Position numbers and translations under genes: made by a program
Notes under the pieces: generated by a model
What the model was told of the DNA's origin: nothing
Databases searched by the model: none
What the model saw: the letters and a program-made list of their open reading frames with translations, nothing else
NCBI RefSeq assembly: GCF_001194135.2
Contig: NC_068994.1
Coordinates: 43,541,331 to 43,605,330, forward strand
DNA from: Octopus bimaculoides
Lineage: Eukaryota
DNA length: 64,000 bases
Direction: 5' to 3'
Part shown: one piece after another, positions 36,871 to 49,471 of the stretch
Layout of the letters: the number at the start of each line of letters is the position of its first letter
Position numbering within the stretch: position 1 is the first letter of the stretch

Positions 36871-37512
36871 ACACATAGTTCGACAGATTGTCATTAAAGT
36901 ACATGATTAGACAGATTGCTTGTGTCTCCAAGCAATCTGTGTGCTCTGAGCACATGTTTTTTTTTTAATAGAATAAATTATATCATAATGACAAGAAACT
37001 ATTAGTAGTACTTATTTTCATAAAATGTACCTTAAATTGTTTATCTTTCTCTAGATGGGGTACTTTTTTTGTTGATCTTGTCTTAAAAGAACAGAAAACT
37101 ATATATGTACATAAATATACACACACATAAGCACACATGAACACATGTACGCACACATACACACACATATACATATGTATTAGGAACAGGCTTGTGATTT
37201 ACAAGATTTACAGATTATGTTGTTAAAATTCATGTGTCATAAACTGGTCATATTTCTACAATGCACAAAATATTTTAACAATTTTTTTCATACAGTTCCT
37301 AATAATATTTAATTATAAAAAATGCAATAGAAGTTTTTTAACCATTGAATCACTGTGGGGTCCAGCAGAGCAAAATAAGGATGAAAGGGATCCATAGACA
37401 AAAATTGTTTTGACCCACTGCTCTTCTATATGCACTGCATTCAATTTTTCATTTGAACTTTATACGTCTGGTTGATTGTGTGTGTGTGTGCATGTGCGAG
37501 CATGTGTGTCTG

Positions 37513-37551
<39 letters not shown>

Positions 37552-37561
37552 NNNNNNNNNN

Positions 37562-37765
37562 CTGTCCGGCATTCGCCATGATAGATCACTGACCGCTACA
37601 CATATATTTTTTTCTCTCCCTGTTTCTCTCTTTGTTTCTTTCTGTGTTCTTTTCTGTTGAAGAGCGTAGGCTTGAAACATTAAAGACTTTCTCTATTCCC
37701 GAGCATTATACTAATACATCCATTTGTTGTTTACCCCACCTGTCTTCGTCTGTTGTTTTTTCATG
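37562..37765 (+). mobile_element. Penelope-like element 3' terminus with hammerhead-like motif
   Basis: Begins LSGIRH (similar to the ...S.CRH end of Penelope GIY-YIG ORFs); TTTT-CTGTTGA-A-GAG-CGTAGG-CTT-GAA-ACAT-T-AAAG at 37649-37686; followed by (TA)n. Confidence 0.6.
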
Positions 37766-37786
37766 AATTCTCCTATATATATATAT

Positions 37787-37818
<32 letters not shown>

Positions 37819-39544
37819 TTAACGTCCTTTTTTTCCATGCTGGCATAGGTTATTGAGAGGTAGGCCTCAAGACGATGTCCATTCCTTCCTGATGACCCTA
37901 TAAACTTGCTGGCATCCAGTGTGTGCAGAGCTTTCAACTAGTAGCACTTGCATCTGCAAGTTGCTTGCAAAAACATCTAAGAACTTGTGGTAAGTAACCA
38001 TTGGCATATCAGAAAGACAGTTAGGCATTTTGGAAAGACAAGAGGACTGCTTGGAAAGACAAGTTGACAATGGGAAAGACTATTGATGCCAGGAAAGACT
38101 GGCAGAGGCTGCAGACTTACAATCCTTACCTCTGTAATTTATTGTAACATCTACCATTGAGAATGACAGCCCCATGATTGACGAAGACTGGGGAGTTGAG
38201 AATCAATCAAACCTGGTTATTAACATGGAAATGATCTTGGAAATGAATATGGTTATTCCTTCAAACAAATTTTGTTGATAAACTCTGTTTTAAAGCCTCA
38301 GATTATATATTTAAAAATCTGTGGTGCACTTGGATACCACTTATGGTGCAATATTTGTGAACCATTAATCTGTGTAAATTCCTCAATTACAAGAGTAGAG
38401 TTTGAGGGAGATCTGGGTGGTACTCTAGTGGGCCATTGTGGTTCCTTTGTAGGTTTGTTTCTTCTGCTAGTATTTCATTCCAAACACCATCACATGATCA
38501 CATGAACAACTAGAGTGTCAGATGTTGTTACACATCACTAGTCACAATGCGCTTTGCATTATTTTAGCCTTCAAATGATGTCACTCCACTGGCTAGGTGA
38601 GCAGGCCAACATTTCCCCTCTGACTGAAAGAAGGGCTGGAGCAAAATGAAATGAAGTGTTTTCTCAAGAACACATCTTGCTGCCTGATTTGGGAATTGAA
38701 CCTACGACCTACCAATCATGACATGAGTACAACAGCCTAACCACCAAGCCACACGCCTTCACTCAAATCATCATATTTAAACAGAATGTTAGTTCTCATT
38801 TACTAAACAGACAGTCATATAGCCATATATATATAAAGACAGAGAAAGAGTACAGGTAAATGAAGCAATGTTACAGCTACCATTGAATTTTGTGTATTTA
38901 CACAGCAATATTTAATAAACAGAAACATATTTACCTTTCAAGCCTAGTCTAAACATCACTAAAAAGTAAAGGACAATAATCTCTGTGACCTCTAAACACT
39001 AAGCAATTCTATTCATATTCTTTAACTGCTGTGTTAGCACATTGCTGTTCTTGAATAGTTATTTTATTATTTCATTATGTTATTATTGTAGTCCTTTATT
39101 ACTCTAATGGTTATTGCCATTTGTTAGTAATGTTATTTCCTTCTGTCAGAATGACTGCAGTCATTGTTCCAGTACAAATAAAGTTTCATCCGATAAAAAG
39201 CTCCAATTCTCATTTAAAAACCAAAATGTAATTGAAAATGAAAATATTATATATAAGTGTACATTTGTGTGTGTGTGTGTGTGTCTGTGTGTGTGTTTAT
39301 ATTTGTACAGATATTATAATATAATAATATATATATTTATACACACACACACACATACACACACATACACAAACAGATATAAGTTATGATTTCGCTTAGG
39401 CATAGCGGCACTAATAACCAATTGTTATAACTCAGTAGATTTATGTTTTAGTGTAAAATGTTAGGAGAGTACAGAGTGTAGAATCAATTAATAAATGACA
39501 AAAGAACAAGAATCACACAATCACCTTAATTGTTTTACAGCTAA

Positions 39545-40026
39545 AGGTGGCAAGCTGGCAGAAACGTTAGCACGCCGGACGAAATGCTTAGCGGTATTTT
39601 GTCTGCCGTTACATTCTGAGTTCAAATTCTGCCGAGGTTTGACTTTGCCTTTCATACTTTCGAGGTTGATAAATTAAGTACCAGTTACGCACTGGGGTCG
39701 ATGTAATCGACTTAATCCATTTGTCTGTCCTTGTTTTTCCCCTCTATGTTTAGCCCCTTGTGGGCAATAAAGAAATAAGAAACGTTAACATGTCAAGTAA
39801 AATGCTTAGCAGCATTTCATCTGTCTTTACGTTCTAAGTTCAAATTCCACCGAGGTCGACTCTGCCTTTCATCCTTTCAGGGTTGATAAATTAAGTACCA
39901 GTTGCATACTGGGGTTGATCTAATNNNNNNNNNNTAAATTAAGTACCAGTTGCATACTGGGGTTGATCTAATCGACTGGTCCCCTCCCCCAAAATTTCGG
40001 GCCTTGTGCCTAGAGTAGAAAAGAAT
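39545..40026 (+). mobile_element. Head-to-tail pair of SINE family a (tail X then tail Y)
   Basis: First copy young, CpG-rich, tail X; second copy starts GAAACGTTAAC at ~39779 and ends with tail Y; a 10-N gap with overlap duplication lies inside. Confidence 0.85.
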
Positions 40027-40129
40027 TATTTTACAGCTATTACTGCTATTATTAGAGACAATGCATTAAAATACCTTATTTCTTTAGATCGTTATGATAT
40101 ATGGTTTGCGCCTGAAAAATATGTTCAAG

Positions 40130-40530
40130 TGGTGCCTTTTACATGCCACCGGCATGGGGAGCCAGTCAGGCAGCACTGGCAATGACCCATGCATAAATGG
40201 TGCTTATTGTGTGCCACCAGCATGGGAGCCAGTCAGGCAGCACTGGCATTGGACACACCTATAATTTTCATCTTTGATTTCAATTTGATTGAGATTCTGA
40301 TTGTGATTTGATTTTGATTTTTGATTTTACTTGACTCCATAGGTCTCCTCAAGTATGGCGTGTCACCTGACAATTCAAAGTTACTTTTTAAATGAGCTGG
40401 TTATGCGACACTGGTATAGGCTATGGCTGTGATCTCACTTTACTTGCCAGGTCTTCTCAATCACAACATATCTCCAGAGGTCTCGGTCTGCTGTCATCTC
40501 CTCTGTGAGGCCCAATGTTCAAAGGTGGTA
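40130..40530 (-). mobile_element. SINE family c/d internal region, antisense
   Basis: GGTGCCTTTTACATGCCACCGGCATGGGGAGCCAGTCAGGCAGCACTGGC duplicated; GGTCTCCTCAAG...GATCTCACTTTACTTGCCAGGTCTTCTCA shared with 46905-47320. Confidence 0.6.
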
Positions 40531-41059
40531 CATATATATATATATATATATGGATGGATAGGTAGGTAGGTAGGTAGGTAGCTAGCTAGCTAGAAAATGG
40601 TTGGCAGAAAAACAGGCATCCAGCCATAGAAACTGTGCTAAAACAAAGATTGGAGCACAACATAGTCCTCTGAAGCATTAGATCCTATTAAACCATCCAA
40701 CCCATGCCAGCATGAAAGTCAGATGTTAAATAATGATGATGATGATGTGTATATAGGTATACATACACACAGACACACACACAAACACACACATACACAC
40801 ACATGCACGCACATACACATAATATCATAGTGTCCAAAATTATTAGTGATTATATGTGGTGGAATGGTATGTTTAGGCTTTTTAATAAGTTCTGAGCAAG
40901 TACCATGGAGAAATTTACAGCTAACAAAATCCCCGTCTCACTGTAGTTATTATGTTACAAATGCCAACGGAAAAGTCATGTGTGTTATATTTCCATTTAC
41001 CCCCCAAACTCAACAGGACAAAATATTCTAATGATCAATATTTCTGAGGTAGTAAGGCA

Positions 41060-41525
41060 ACAAGCTAGCAGAAACGTTAGCACACAGGGCAAAATTCTTA
41101 GTGGTATTTCGTCTGTCTTTACGTTCTGAGTTCAAATTCTGCCGAGGTCAACTTTGCCTTTCATTCTTTTGGGGTTCGATAAATTAAGTACCAGTTGCAT
41201 AGCAGGCTCGATCTAATTGACTGGATCCCCTCACCATAAATTTTAGGTCTTGTGCCTAGAGTAGAAAAGAATATTTCTGAGGCGGTAAAGGCAGCAGGCT
41301 GGCAGAACCATTAGCATACCAAGCAAAGTGCTTAGCGGTATTTCATTAAATTGGCAGAATCATTAGAGCATTGAACTTCCACCTTGCAGTAATATGTTCT
41401 GGCTGTTTACACACTGAGTTCAAATCCTGCTGAAGTCAACTTTGCCTTTATCCTGCAGGTAGCAATAAAATTAATTTACCAGTTATGAACTGGAGCTGAT
41501 GTAATTGATTATCAATTTGTGCCAA
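41060..41525 (+). mobile_element. Two tandem SINE family a copies
   Basis: GCAGAAACGTTAGCAC...GAGTTCAAATTCTGCC...tail Y (to ~41272), then a diverged second copy from ~41288. Confidence 0.75.
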
Positions 41526-41751
41526 TATGCAAATGAGTTAGCATGCTACAGTAAGAACCTAATTCCTTTCCAGACTGACTGCAGGACTCCAACAACAGAT
41601 GAAGTGATACACTGGTTGTATTACACTGACATCACATTAATATTTTGTATGTGTTACTCCCCATATAAATACTAACACAACGCATATGTATACCCACACA
41701 ATCACACATGTACATGCATGCTTAAATCCTATCATATACCTGCTTATGACA

Positions 41752-41807
<56 letters not shown>

Positions 41808-42644
41808 CTCTCTCACACCCACTCTCTTGCTCTCACTCCAAATGCAAGCCCCATAAATATGAAATAATGCAAAAGAAAATGTCGTATGTGTAATTATGCC
41901 TCTCTATTTTATGTTCATTTGTATGAATAATTACAAGAACAAAATACCCTTCGTGTAAAGAATATTTATGTAATCATATGTGTGTGTATATATATGTGTG
42001 TGTGTCTTGGGTATCTATTTAAAAGAATATGTTATAATGCAAAAATTACATCATGGAGTAGTCATGATAGCCATTTAAAACACACACACACACGCACGCA
42101 CACACACACACACACACATACATGTATTCATATCTTATTTGTTTGTGTTATTTTGTGATAATATCGTATAACTATAAAATGTCAATGAAAAACCTAAATA
42201 AATAAATGAATAAAACACAAAGTTAACACAAAACTTAAATGACTATTAGGATTCTTCCACAATGTAATTGTGCTTCAGATTTTAATGCACGATCTCAGAC
42301 CAAGTCACTTGCTACACAAGTATGACTACAAAATTTGTTATAAAATGCTTTCGTAAGTTATAAATAATTAAAGTGTCTGTAAAATTGATCACATAAATTC
42401 TAATATGAATGATAATCATAATCTATATACATATATNNNNNNNNNNNNNNNNNNNNNNNNNNNNNNNNNNNNNNNNNNNNNNNNNNNNNNNNNNNNNNNN
42501 NNNNNNNNNNNNNNNNNNNNNNNNNNNNNNNNNNNNNNNNNNNNNNNNNNNNNNNNNNNNNNNNNNNNNNNNNNNNNNNNNNNNNNNNNNNNNNNNNNNN
42601 NNNNNNNNNNNNNNNNNNNNNNNNNNNNNNNNNNNNNNATATAA

Positions 42645-43250
42645 GTGATAATATCTACCTATATTAAAGGTCACTTCTGGGGAGTTAGGTGGTGTGAACC
42701 AGATCATTTTCCTATTCCTATTTTACCTTTTCTTTGCTACTGGACTAATGACAGGTGTATAGGTTATTTTGTTGCTAAAATCACTATCTTTTAGAGTTTT
42801 ATTATATATTGGGGCAACACTATTAAAAATGTTTATATTGGAGGAGAAGCTAGAAATTCTTTTGCTAATGTTTTTAACTAAATTCTTAAATACTATGGGG
42901 GGATGGCAGTAACCTACATTAATATAGTTAATTCTATCATTGGGCTTTCTATAGGATTTGTAAATATTCTTACTTAAATCTAAAGATACACCTAGGCTGG
43001 CATCTATTGTTATGCTAAGATCGAATGTTTTCTTCGTTTGGATAATGTCCTTCCTAAACCAATCTTGTGCTGGTCCATTGGTGTTTGTTACTTCCAGAAA
43101 AGAAGACTGGATTAATCAAAGGATATATATTCCGACTAAGTCACTGGCCTAAGCAGAATCATGAAAGCCCATTGCTATATCAAATGCACTTTCCCTATCT
43201 AATCTACTCCATAATCTACCATCAAAATCTACTACTTTTCTCAGGACATC
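42645..43250 (-). mobile_element. Penelope-like element reverse transcriptase fragment (pseudogenised)
   Basis: Minus strand LRKVVDFDGRLWSRLD..SAFDIAMGFHDSA*ASDLVGIYIL* ... TNGPAQDWFRKDII ... SLDLSKNIYKSYRKPNDRINYINVGYCHPPIVFKNLVKNISKRISSFSSNINIFNSVAPIYNKTL ... RNRKMIWFTPPNSPEVTFNIGRY matches PLE RT motifs FDVTMGSxDGAEVxELVGxYIL, YxPYRKPN, SNHPP, ISKRIS and RKIIWFNPPYS. Confidence 0.9.
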
Positions 43251-43863
43251 CTTGAGTGGTGAATGGAAGTTACCTTAAGATTAGGGACCTGGCCCAAATA
43301 CATACAACAAATAAGACTCCAGTAGATGCTTCCATGAGTTTGATGATCATGTTAAACCAGGTTGAGTCTACCACCCCAAAACAGGGATCAGTTTCTCTGA
43401 TGAATTTCACACATTTTCCTTCTACTAAGGCTTTGGTCAATCTGGAATTATGGTAGGTAACAGTTGCCCAAGATGTCACACTGGGATTGAAATTGAAGTT
43501 TGTATGGTTGTGAAGTAAACTTCTTAACCATAAAACCATGCCTGACAATAAACCATGAGTGTAGACTGAAGACTCTTAGGCTTGACTCAATTAAAAGAAT
43601 TTAACAAAATAAGATAGCATTGCTTGGTCATTCATAGTGTTTCGATGGTAAATGCTGGAAAGAATCATTTAAATTGTAAGGAAAAGGAACCCACAGATGA
43701 GGCCTTCAAGATGGACAAGAGAATGACTTGTTCAAGTACATAATGTTAATATGATTAGAGATCTGTCAGTTTTAATATCCCTAGGATCTCACCCACAGAG
43801 ATTCAGCTGCAGATATTTATAAACTGGTTGATCTGGTGATTTTTGTTAGAAATTCAATTACAT

Positions 43864-43899
43864 TTTCATCAGCACTGCTTAATAGCAGTGCTGATGAAA
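43864..43899. repeat. Perfect 16-bp hairpin
   Basis: TTTCATCAGCACTGCT-TAAT-AGCAGTGCTGATGAAA. Confidence 0.85.
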
Positions 43900-44464
43900 T
43901 AATGTTCTTTCATATTTCAATTTGCTGCAAACCAGCAATGTTTCCTCTTGTTGGATATTCTAGAACAACGATTCCTATGATTTACTGATAGAGTCACAAG
44001 CAGGAATACAAGCCTGCCTTTTTTCATGAGATTAAGAAGTAAATTAAGCAGACAGCTTCTAGATGTTCGCCCCCAACTAATTATATCAGTAACTCAACAA
44101 TATAAATGACACCACCCTGGTATTCACAAGGAAAATGTAATATTGATCTCAAACAGAATGGTTATATTAAAGATATGTGCTCAGCAAGTTTTTTTATTTC
44201 TTTCCTCTTTTACTGCTTCAGGGAAATTCAGTTGCTGACTTGTTGAGAGTTTGCTTCTAAACCTACATTTTGGTTCTGAGTGTCATCCCATCACATGGCA
44301 CCATGGCCGTGTTTCTTTCACTATTGTCTTCGTTTGACTAAAGGCCTCATGAATGATATTTGGCTGATGGAAACCAGGCATATATGTATACACACACACA
44401 CACACATTCACACACATGCACACACACACATACACACACACACACATATATATATATATAATTT

Positions 44465-44700
44465 TATGCTGTTGCCAGTGCCGCTGGACTGGCTCCTGTG
44501 CAGGTGGCACGAAAAAAACACCATTTGAGCGTGGCCGTTGCCAGTAGCACCTGACTGGCCCTCGTGCCGGTGACACGTAAAAGCACTCACTACACTCTCG
44601 GAGTGGTTGGCGTTAGGAAGGGCATCCAGCTGTAGAAACTCTGCCAGATCAGATTGGAGCCTGGTGTAGCCATCTGGTTTCACCAGTCCTCAGTCAAGTC
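44465..44700 (+). mobile_element. SINE family c (young copy)
   Basis: CATTTGAGCGTGGCCGTTGCCAG...GGAGTGGTTGGCGTTAGGAAGGGCATCCAGCTGTAGAAACTCTGCC...CAGTCCTCAGTCAA. Confidence 0.8.
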
Positions 44701-46019
44701 CATCAACTCCACTATTTGACTTGACTAACACTTTATTTTATCAGCCTCCAGATGCATGAAAGACAAAATTGGCTTTGATGGAATTTGAACTCAAATTGTA
44801 AATAACACTAAATACCAATGGTGTTTTGTCAGGCTCTCAAATGATTCATCCAATCCACAACCATTTATTTTGATATTGACAAAGGTTATTAGCAGATGGG
44901 CATTTTGAATAAAAGTACAAAAACAAAAATCATTTTAAAATGTTTCTTCTGTTTTATCTTAGACAGAAATTAGGATGGCATGACAGTCTCTAATGTCTCT
45001 TGCAGTTTCACACAAAATCGTGAGAAATGTAATGTAAAATGAAATGGAAATTCTTTTCAACAAAGAATTTATTGCTTTTAAAATAGTTGATCTTTAAAGG
45101 CTAGGAGTCAGTGCACTATTTGTTACATAGTTGGGAAAACTAAATAAACTAAATGGGTAAAATTCAACTGTAGCTGCAAGACGCTTATAATTTTATGCAG
45201 GAGGAAGATATTTATGCAGTATTTTACAATCTATAATAGACTTCCAATTAAAGATTTTTAGAACAGATTATTAATTAAAAGATACATTTATTTCATTCCA
45301 ATAGATAAAGTGGAAATTGAGTAAGCCTATTAAATGAAACTATCGAAAACATGATTAAATTTCAGTTTTCTCATTTATTTCAAGAAAATAGGATCTATTT
45401 TCTATAAGGATGAAACAGAAAATCTATTTAGCAAATTAATACTGATGGTTTTTTACACTGGAAATTGATTTAAACTTGCTATATCTTTATCAAATATTCA
45501 GAATCAAACTTGAGGCTTCCTCTTGAGGTTTCATTGAGTGTCAAACCTACATTAGAAACAGAAAATGTTTATTGAAGGCACTTACAATTTTTGAATTGTC
45601 TAGCTGTTTACATGGCAATCATTCACACAGGAGAACTAGTTTATAAAGTCTACTATAAATTGCTTGCTGTGAAACTCCTACTCTCAAGAGATTATTGAAT
45701 AAGAAAAAAAGTACAAGTGTGTCAAAGAAAGATAGATAGCTAGATAGACAAAAAAAGAGAGAGAGATAGAGAAAGAGAAAGGGGAGCAGGGATAGGAGGT
45801 AGAAGGGGAATAATTTATTCATTAGATTGTTTATTTAAGAATTTTCAGACAACAGAAGGCTGCAGTAATAAATTAATTAATAGAAAATAAAATTACAATA
45901 GTTATAATACCAATTAAAATATATTGATTCAATGAATTATTTGTCTCTCTTTGAAACCAACACAAGATGAGGTAAAATTGAGTTTATTTCAAATAATATA
46001 TATTATATGTGCAGAATAC

Positions 46020-46290
46020 AGACAAGATGGTGTGGTGAGGAAGTTTGTTTCACAACAGCATTGTTCTGGGTTCAATCTCAACGTACAGCACCTTGGGAAA
46101 GGGAAAGTGTCTTCTACTGTAATCTTGAATTGATAGATGCTTTATGAGTAAAAGATACTTATTCTAGGTGCCACCCTGTGGGATTGAACTTAAAAGTTAT
46201 TTGGTTTTTGAAGCAAACTTCCTCACCAGGCACCCAAACCTTCACCTGTATGCATGTCTGTGTGTGTAAAAGTAAATATATGTGGAGTGA
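46020..46290 (+). mobile_element. SINE family b fragments (sense then antisense)
   Basis: TGTGGTGAGGAAG...GGGTTCAATCTC...CACCTTGGGAAAG.GTGTCTTCTACT, then an antisense head fragment. Confidence 0.55.
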
Positions 46291-46323
46291 ATGTGTATGT
46301 GTGTATGTGCACATGTGCGTGTG

Positions 46324-46378
<55 letters not shown>

Positions 46379-46537
46379 CTCTGTGTCTTCTCAGTGACAC
46401 CATTTATGCAAAGATGTGTGGAATAAAATCCCTTACTTTGAAACTACCTCAAGGTGCCTTATCCAACCCATTCCAATATGAAAAATAAACAGATGGTCAT
46501 AAAATCTGAATACATGAGAAATATCACTAATACTCTT

Positions 46538-46826
46538 GTGGAATGAACCCCTTGCTGTCGTCCAGATATTAGTCTCTTTGACTTCTTTTTCTGAGATGTA
46601 CTGTAGAAGGTGTACTCAACAAAAATCACAGACATGAATCATCTGAAGGAACGCAGCAAACAAATGTGCTTAAATTGACAGAAATGTGAAGTTACTGCAT
46701 TTGGTTCATGTGAATCTCACAAAGCACATCAAATTTTTTATCATTAATAGTGGAAACCATGTTGAAAATGTTATTCATAGATGTAGTTGAATGAAATTAT
46801 TGAAAATACACATTTTCATCACCTAT
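46538..46826 (+). mobile_element. Tc1/mariner transposase C-terminal remnant with right TIR
   Basis: VE*TPCCRPDISLFDFFF*DVL*KVYSTKITDMNHLKER ... (frameshift) LLHLVHVNLTKHIKFFIINSGNHVENVI matches WPPRSPDLTPLDFFFWGYVK.KVY...NGGHVE; ends TTTTCATCACC(C)TATA like a TACAGGGTG-type TIR. Confidence 0.8.
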
Positions 46827-46904
46827 ACACCCAGACTGAAGTGTGAATGTGTATGCATATATACCATAAAAACAACGGGCAACCCAGACTATGTTTTAAC
46901 TTTA

Positions 46905-47320
46905 TTCAACACAAGTGCCAGGAAGGCGACGCTGGTAACAATCTCGCTCAAATGGTGCTATTTACATGCCACCGGCACGGAAGCCAGACAGCTGCTCTGG
47001 CAACGGTCAAGCTCGACAGTGCTCTTAGCGCTCCACTGGTACAGGTGCCATCACGAATTTACTTTCACTTGCCTCAACAAGTCTTTGCAAGCTGAGTTTA
47101 GTGTCCAATGAAGGAGAGGTTGGCATGGGTGCCAGTTGTCGAATTTAGTTTGATTTTGATTTCACTTGCCTCAACAGGTCTTTGCAAGCGGAGTTTAGTG
47201 TCCAATGAAGGAAAGGTACTCATAAGTGGGCTGGCTACACTCCTGACAGAGGCCTTGGATTACGGTCTCACTTGGCTTGCCGGGTCTTTTCACGCACACC
47301 ATAAAAGTAAGAATAGAACA
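46905..47320 (-). mobile_element. SINE family c/d, antisense, with internal ~57 bp duplication
   Basis: TTTCACTTGCCTCAACA.GTCTTTGCAAGC.GAGTTTAGTGTCCAATGAAGGA at ~47064 and ~47159. Confidence 0.7.
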
Positions 47321-47937
47321 ATATATCATCTTAGGGTGTTAAATAGAAGAAATTGTAAAAGTAGGTATATGAGTATAATTGCAATATATTACAATATACT
47401 ACTAATCAATACTAATGCTATAGATAAGCAGTGTGTAAATTAATGTTAGTAAATTGATACGTGAATAAAATAGAAATTAAAGATTAAAAAATAAAAATAA
47501 AGTATAAATTATATTGAAAATAAGGGGGAAATCCATAAATTAAAGATTAAATGTGTAATTAAATGTATAATTAAAGATTAAATGTGTATACAATCAAAAC
47601 AATGACAATAGTTAAAGGTGCGTTCTTTTGGGTGTATTATAATATAATATAATTAAATACTACAGAGATGAAAATGCAAATAGCCTAAAAGAAAAGAAAA
47701 TAACTTTATAACATAAGACATAGTATGTTACTGCGTAGTCAAGTGATAGTTTGTTATGTAACTAGAAATGTAAACAGAATGCAATATGGAGAAAATGTAT
47801 ATAGACAATATTAGTAATTAATTTTAGGTGAAAGACATTCAAAAAAGATTTATTACACTTTGTAAGTACCTAAGAAGTTAAGTAACTTAAAAGATGGAAG
47901 AACTTAATACTAGGTTTAATTAACGTGTATTGTTATT

Positions 47938-48098
47938 CATCATCATCATCATCATCATCGTTTAACGTCCGCTTTCCATGCTAGCATGGGTTGGACGATT
48001 TGACTGAGGACTGGCAAGCCAGAAGGCTGCACCAGGCTCCAATCTGATCTGGCAGAGTTTCTACAGCTGGATGCCCTTCCTAACGCCAACCACTCCAA
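47938..48098 (-). mobile_element. SINE family c 3' part, antisense (young)
   Basis: (CAT)n CGTTTAACGTCCGCTTTCCATGCTAGCATGGGTTGGACG...CTAACGCCAACCACTCC; reverse complement of 4123-4303 and 44597-44698. Confidence 0.85.
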
Positions 48099-49416
48099 GC
48101 TAGAATAGTGCTGACTTAGTTGCTAACTGTGAACTATAAAATAACTTTTTTCAGCTTATTGAACTTCATTTAACATGAGAAAAATTTACAACCCTCTATG
48201 TTAGTAAACCACTATTGTTCCTGAAAATTGTTTTTATACATTCTATGGATAGCTCAAAGCTTATAACTTCCTACACCTAGATATGTATATATATATTATA
48301 TTGAGCAGAAAAATGTTCACCATGTTTCCTGCTCATATATATAGGTGCAAGCATGCTTGTGTGGTTAAAAAGTTTCCATTGCTACTACATAGTTGTAGAG
48401 TTTGATCCCATTGTATGATACTTAAGGTAAGTATCTTCTACTACAGCTTTAGGATAAGCAAACCCTTGTAAATGAAATTTTGCAGACAGAGATTATGTAG
48501 AAGTTCATCAGAGACCATTCTTGGTACGGGGTACAAGGTTTGATCTACGGTTTAACATCACCTCCTGACTCTTGAATGTCTTAGCAGGGTGTAGGCGTCC
48601 GGTTAGAGGATATTTTCTGCACTTCGTCCCACTTGTCTCAGAGGCCCTCATGAAGATCTTGGGTACTGTCATTCCTTCAATGACTAAACCATTAACAAAA
48701 GAGAAATAATAAAGGACTATACTTACTTTTGTTATTTATCTGTAATTTTTAACTTCATTACTGTTTTCCTGATTAGAGCAGCTGCACAGATGCTAAAATT
48801 TGTTTGCCAAAAGTTAAATCCTGTAAATAATCACAGATATTCTAAGTTGATATTGTAAATTACTTTGATTATTTGATTGGTTGGTTCTCTATCATTTTTT
48901 TTTTTTTTTTTTTTTTNNNNNNNNNNNNNNNNNNNNNNNNNNNNNNNNNNNNNNNNNNNNNNNNNNNNNNNNNNNNNNNNNNNNNNNNNNNNNNNNNNNN
49001 NNNNNNNNNNNNNNNNNNNNNNNNNNNNNNNNNNNNNNNNNNNNNNNNNNNNNNNNNNNNNNNNNNNNNNNNNNNNNNNNNNNNNNNNNNNNNNNNNNNN
49101 NNNNNNNNNNNNNNNNNNNNNNNNNNNNNNNNNNNNNNNNNNNNNNNNNNNNNNNNNNNNNNNNGTTTCTAGTCTGTTATCCATCAATAACAACTTGTAT
49201 TGTCAGAATTTGAGTATTTCTGATGTTTCGCAATAAATTTATTGACTTCTTCAAATTGAAACTTTAATTGCAGACAATGCGTAGCCAGCATACGTTGGTT
49301 AAAAGGGAAATTAAGAGGGGTAACAATATCCATTTCACTCTGTGATCTGGGGTTTTGACTGACTTTCTCAAAGCACTGATGAACATAGTATTGAACTTGC
49401 CCTTCATTGTGGGAAG

Positions 49417-49471
49417 AGTTAGGGGTCATCTAGTTAGGGGTCATCTAGTTAGGGGTCATCTAGTTAGGGGT
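49417..49471. repeat. 15-mer tandem repeat (AGTTAGGGGTCATCT)x3.7
   Basis: Units at 49417, 49432, 49447 and partial 49462; four GGGG tracts. Confidence 0.95.

Noticed and set aside
39887-39972. 38-bp direct duplication flanking a 10-N gap
   Set aside because: Identical sequence on both sides of a minimal gap is typical of an unmerged contig overlap (assembly artefact).
48530-48715. Possible R4/Dong C-terminus on the minus strand (EVQKI..TG TA..L)
   Set aside because: Only a few residues match, and only after assumed frameshifts.
49184-49429. 81-aa minus-strand ORF
   Set aside because: No motif recognised; begins within the 15-mer repeat.
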